In this document: one piece after another, positions 62,767 through 64,000 of the stretch
Layout: each line of letters begins with the position of its first letter
Numbering within the stretch: position 1 is the stretch's first letter
Assembly: GCF_964204645.1 (NCBI RefSeq)
Contig: NC_134028.1
Coordinates: 10,168,001-10,232,000, forward strand
Source of the DNA: Tubulanus polymorphus
Lineage: Eukaryota; Animalia; Nemertea
Length of the DNA: 64,000 bases
Direction: 5' to 3'
Made by a program: the position numbers and the translations under genes
The notes under the pieces: model-generated
What the model was told of the DNA's origin: nothing
The model's input: the letters and a program-made list of their open reading frames with translations, nothing else
Databases searched by the model: none

Positions 62767-63055
62767 ATGGTCTCGGCAATTAGGAATTAAATCACAAGAA
62801 TATAAAAAAGCTGTAAAAGAAAAAATAAGTAATAAAAATGGTGAAAATATTGTTATTTCTACTCCTTCTAATAATAGAATATTTGATAAATGTCTATATT
62901 TTACAGTTGGAGTTGTAATTGTATTCATTTTGATTGGGTGTAATTGGTATAAGAAATCAAATAAAATTCATGATATTAATAATTCTGAAACAACTGCTAT
63001 CAAAAATGAAAATACTTCTGAAATTCCAAAATTTATAATAAAAAAAATGGATTAA
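62699..63055 (+). CDS. Polinton basic protein with TM segment (118 aa)
   Basis: TAAATG start; KKKPRSQKQ basic patch; hydrophobic stretch. Confidence 0.65.
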   Translation: MSEVEEVKELTVKKKPRSQKQIEWSRQLGIKSQEYKKAVKEKISNKNGENIVISTPSNNRIFDKCLYFTVGVVIVFILIGCNWYKKSNKIHDINNSETTAIKNENTSEIPKFIIKKMD

Positions 63056-64000
63056 TATTTTAGAAAAAAAGCAAAAAAAAATAATTTTTTTTAATTAATT
63101 GAATATTAATTGAATATCTCACTACTTTTGTCTATCTATGCGGAGCAATTAAATTGTCCAGATAAGTCATTTCGGATTCTAGATATTCATTATTTTTATT
63201 AATTTATTTTGTTTTTACTTGAATATTGTATTACAGTCGTTTCTTATTATTAGTTTTTTCTTAAATTGAAAGATGGCAGCACTGGGTGTGATGCTAAAAT
63301 GAATATTTGAATTTGAATTTGTTTATCAATTAACATAGTAATTGATTACTAATTTGATTAAAGATTATATCATAATTAAGTTAAAAATCCATAATTCATT
63401 TATCAGTTTTCATTCTTACATTCTTTTCATTCGGAATAATTTATAATTTCAAATTTCACATATTTTTTTAGCACCAACAACACTTTACTTAGGTGTTTTA
63501 GCTAAGTATATAAGGCAATTCATTCGACCACTGGAGTGCCGCCGGGCTTGGTTTGCAGGGGCATTTCGAAAATGCACCTTTGTCCACCCTTCGTGGTTCT
63601 CCTTCAGTTTCGACGTTTCCTGTCAACCATTGAAGGAGAATTGGTGAGGTGTGGGTCACAGGGGTGTAAGTAGAAATGCTTGGGGATAGGTATCTCGATG
63701 CTCCTCTCAATAACGGGATGCTTATCCCCTAAAAACTCTGCGAGTCAAGTCGGGTGGTTTTGCTAAAACTTACCGTAAAAACATTGAAATATTCCTTTTA
63801 ATCACGACAGAATGATGACTATCCTCCTGTCGTCACGGCCGAGCTAATTTAAATAAACCCCGCTTTCAGCAACCAATGAAAACGTGGTGGTTCAATGCCG
63901 GCTAACTGGCTTGTGTGTGTTGTATGTACTGCGTGCTTAATATATAACTGCTAGCTATCCAATATAACAACAACGTTGTGCAACACCTGTTTGATTGATC

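Larger units (their letters stand above)
47176..63126 (+). mobile_element. Polinton/Maverick (adintovirus-like) endogenous virus, copy B, near full length; right boundary uncertain
   Basis: AGTAATTG left terminus shared with copy A; pPolB, penton, MCP, integrase and ATPase; intronless, very AT-rich, densely packed ORFs. Confidence 0.93.

Overview
Eukaryotic, AT-rich DNA with GT-AG introns, probably from an invertebrate animal (inference). Almost all of it is mobile DNA. Two related, independently decayed Polinton/Maverick (adintovirus-like) endogenous viruses lie in inverted, head-to-head orientation: copy A at <1-7877 (- strand, cut off by the window edge) and copy B at 47176-~63126 (+ strand). 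Copy B carries pPolB, a VLTF3-like gene, penton, MCP, an rve integrase with chromodomain, and an A32-like ATPase. In both copies the polymerase has a 352-aa intein with a LAGLIDADG homing endonuclease inserted in catalytic motif C (YFD|TD), resembling giant-virus PolB inteins. Nearly every viral gene starts at a poxvirus-late-like TAAATG, and the element encodes a VLTF3/A2-like late transcription factor. Together these suggest a Polinton that co-replicates with a giant virus, in a virophage-like way. The ~39 kb between the copies is a nest of transposons whose ends and target-site duplications (TSDs) can mostly be read directly. It contains MULEs, a PIF/Harbinger, a hAT with a 7-bp TSD, IS3EU elements with a reconstructable ~14-kb inversion, a P element, a Tc1/mariner MITE and a BEL/Pao remnant. 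All family assignments come from motif recognition by eye; no searches were run.
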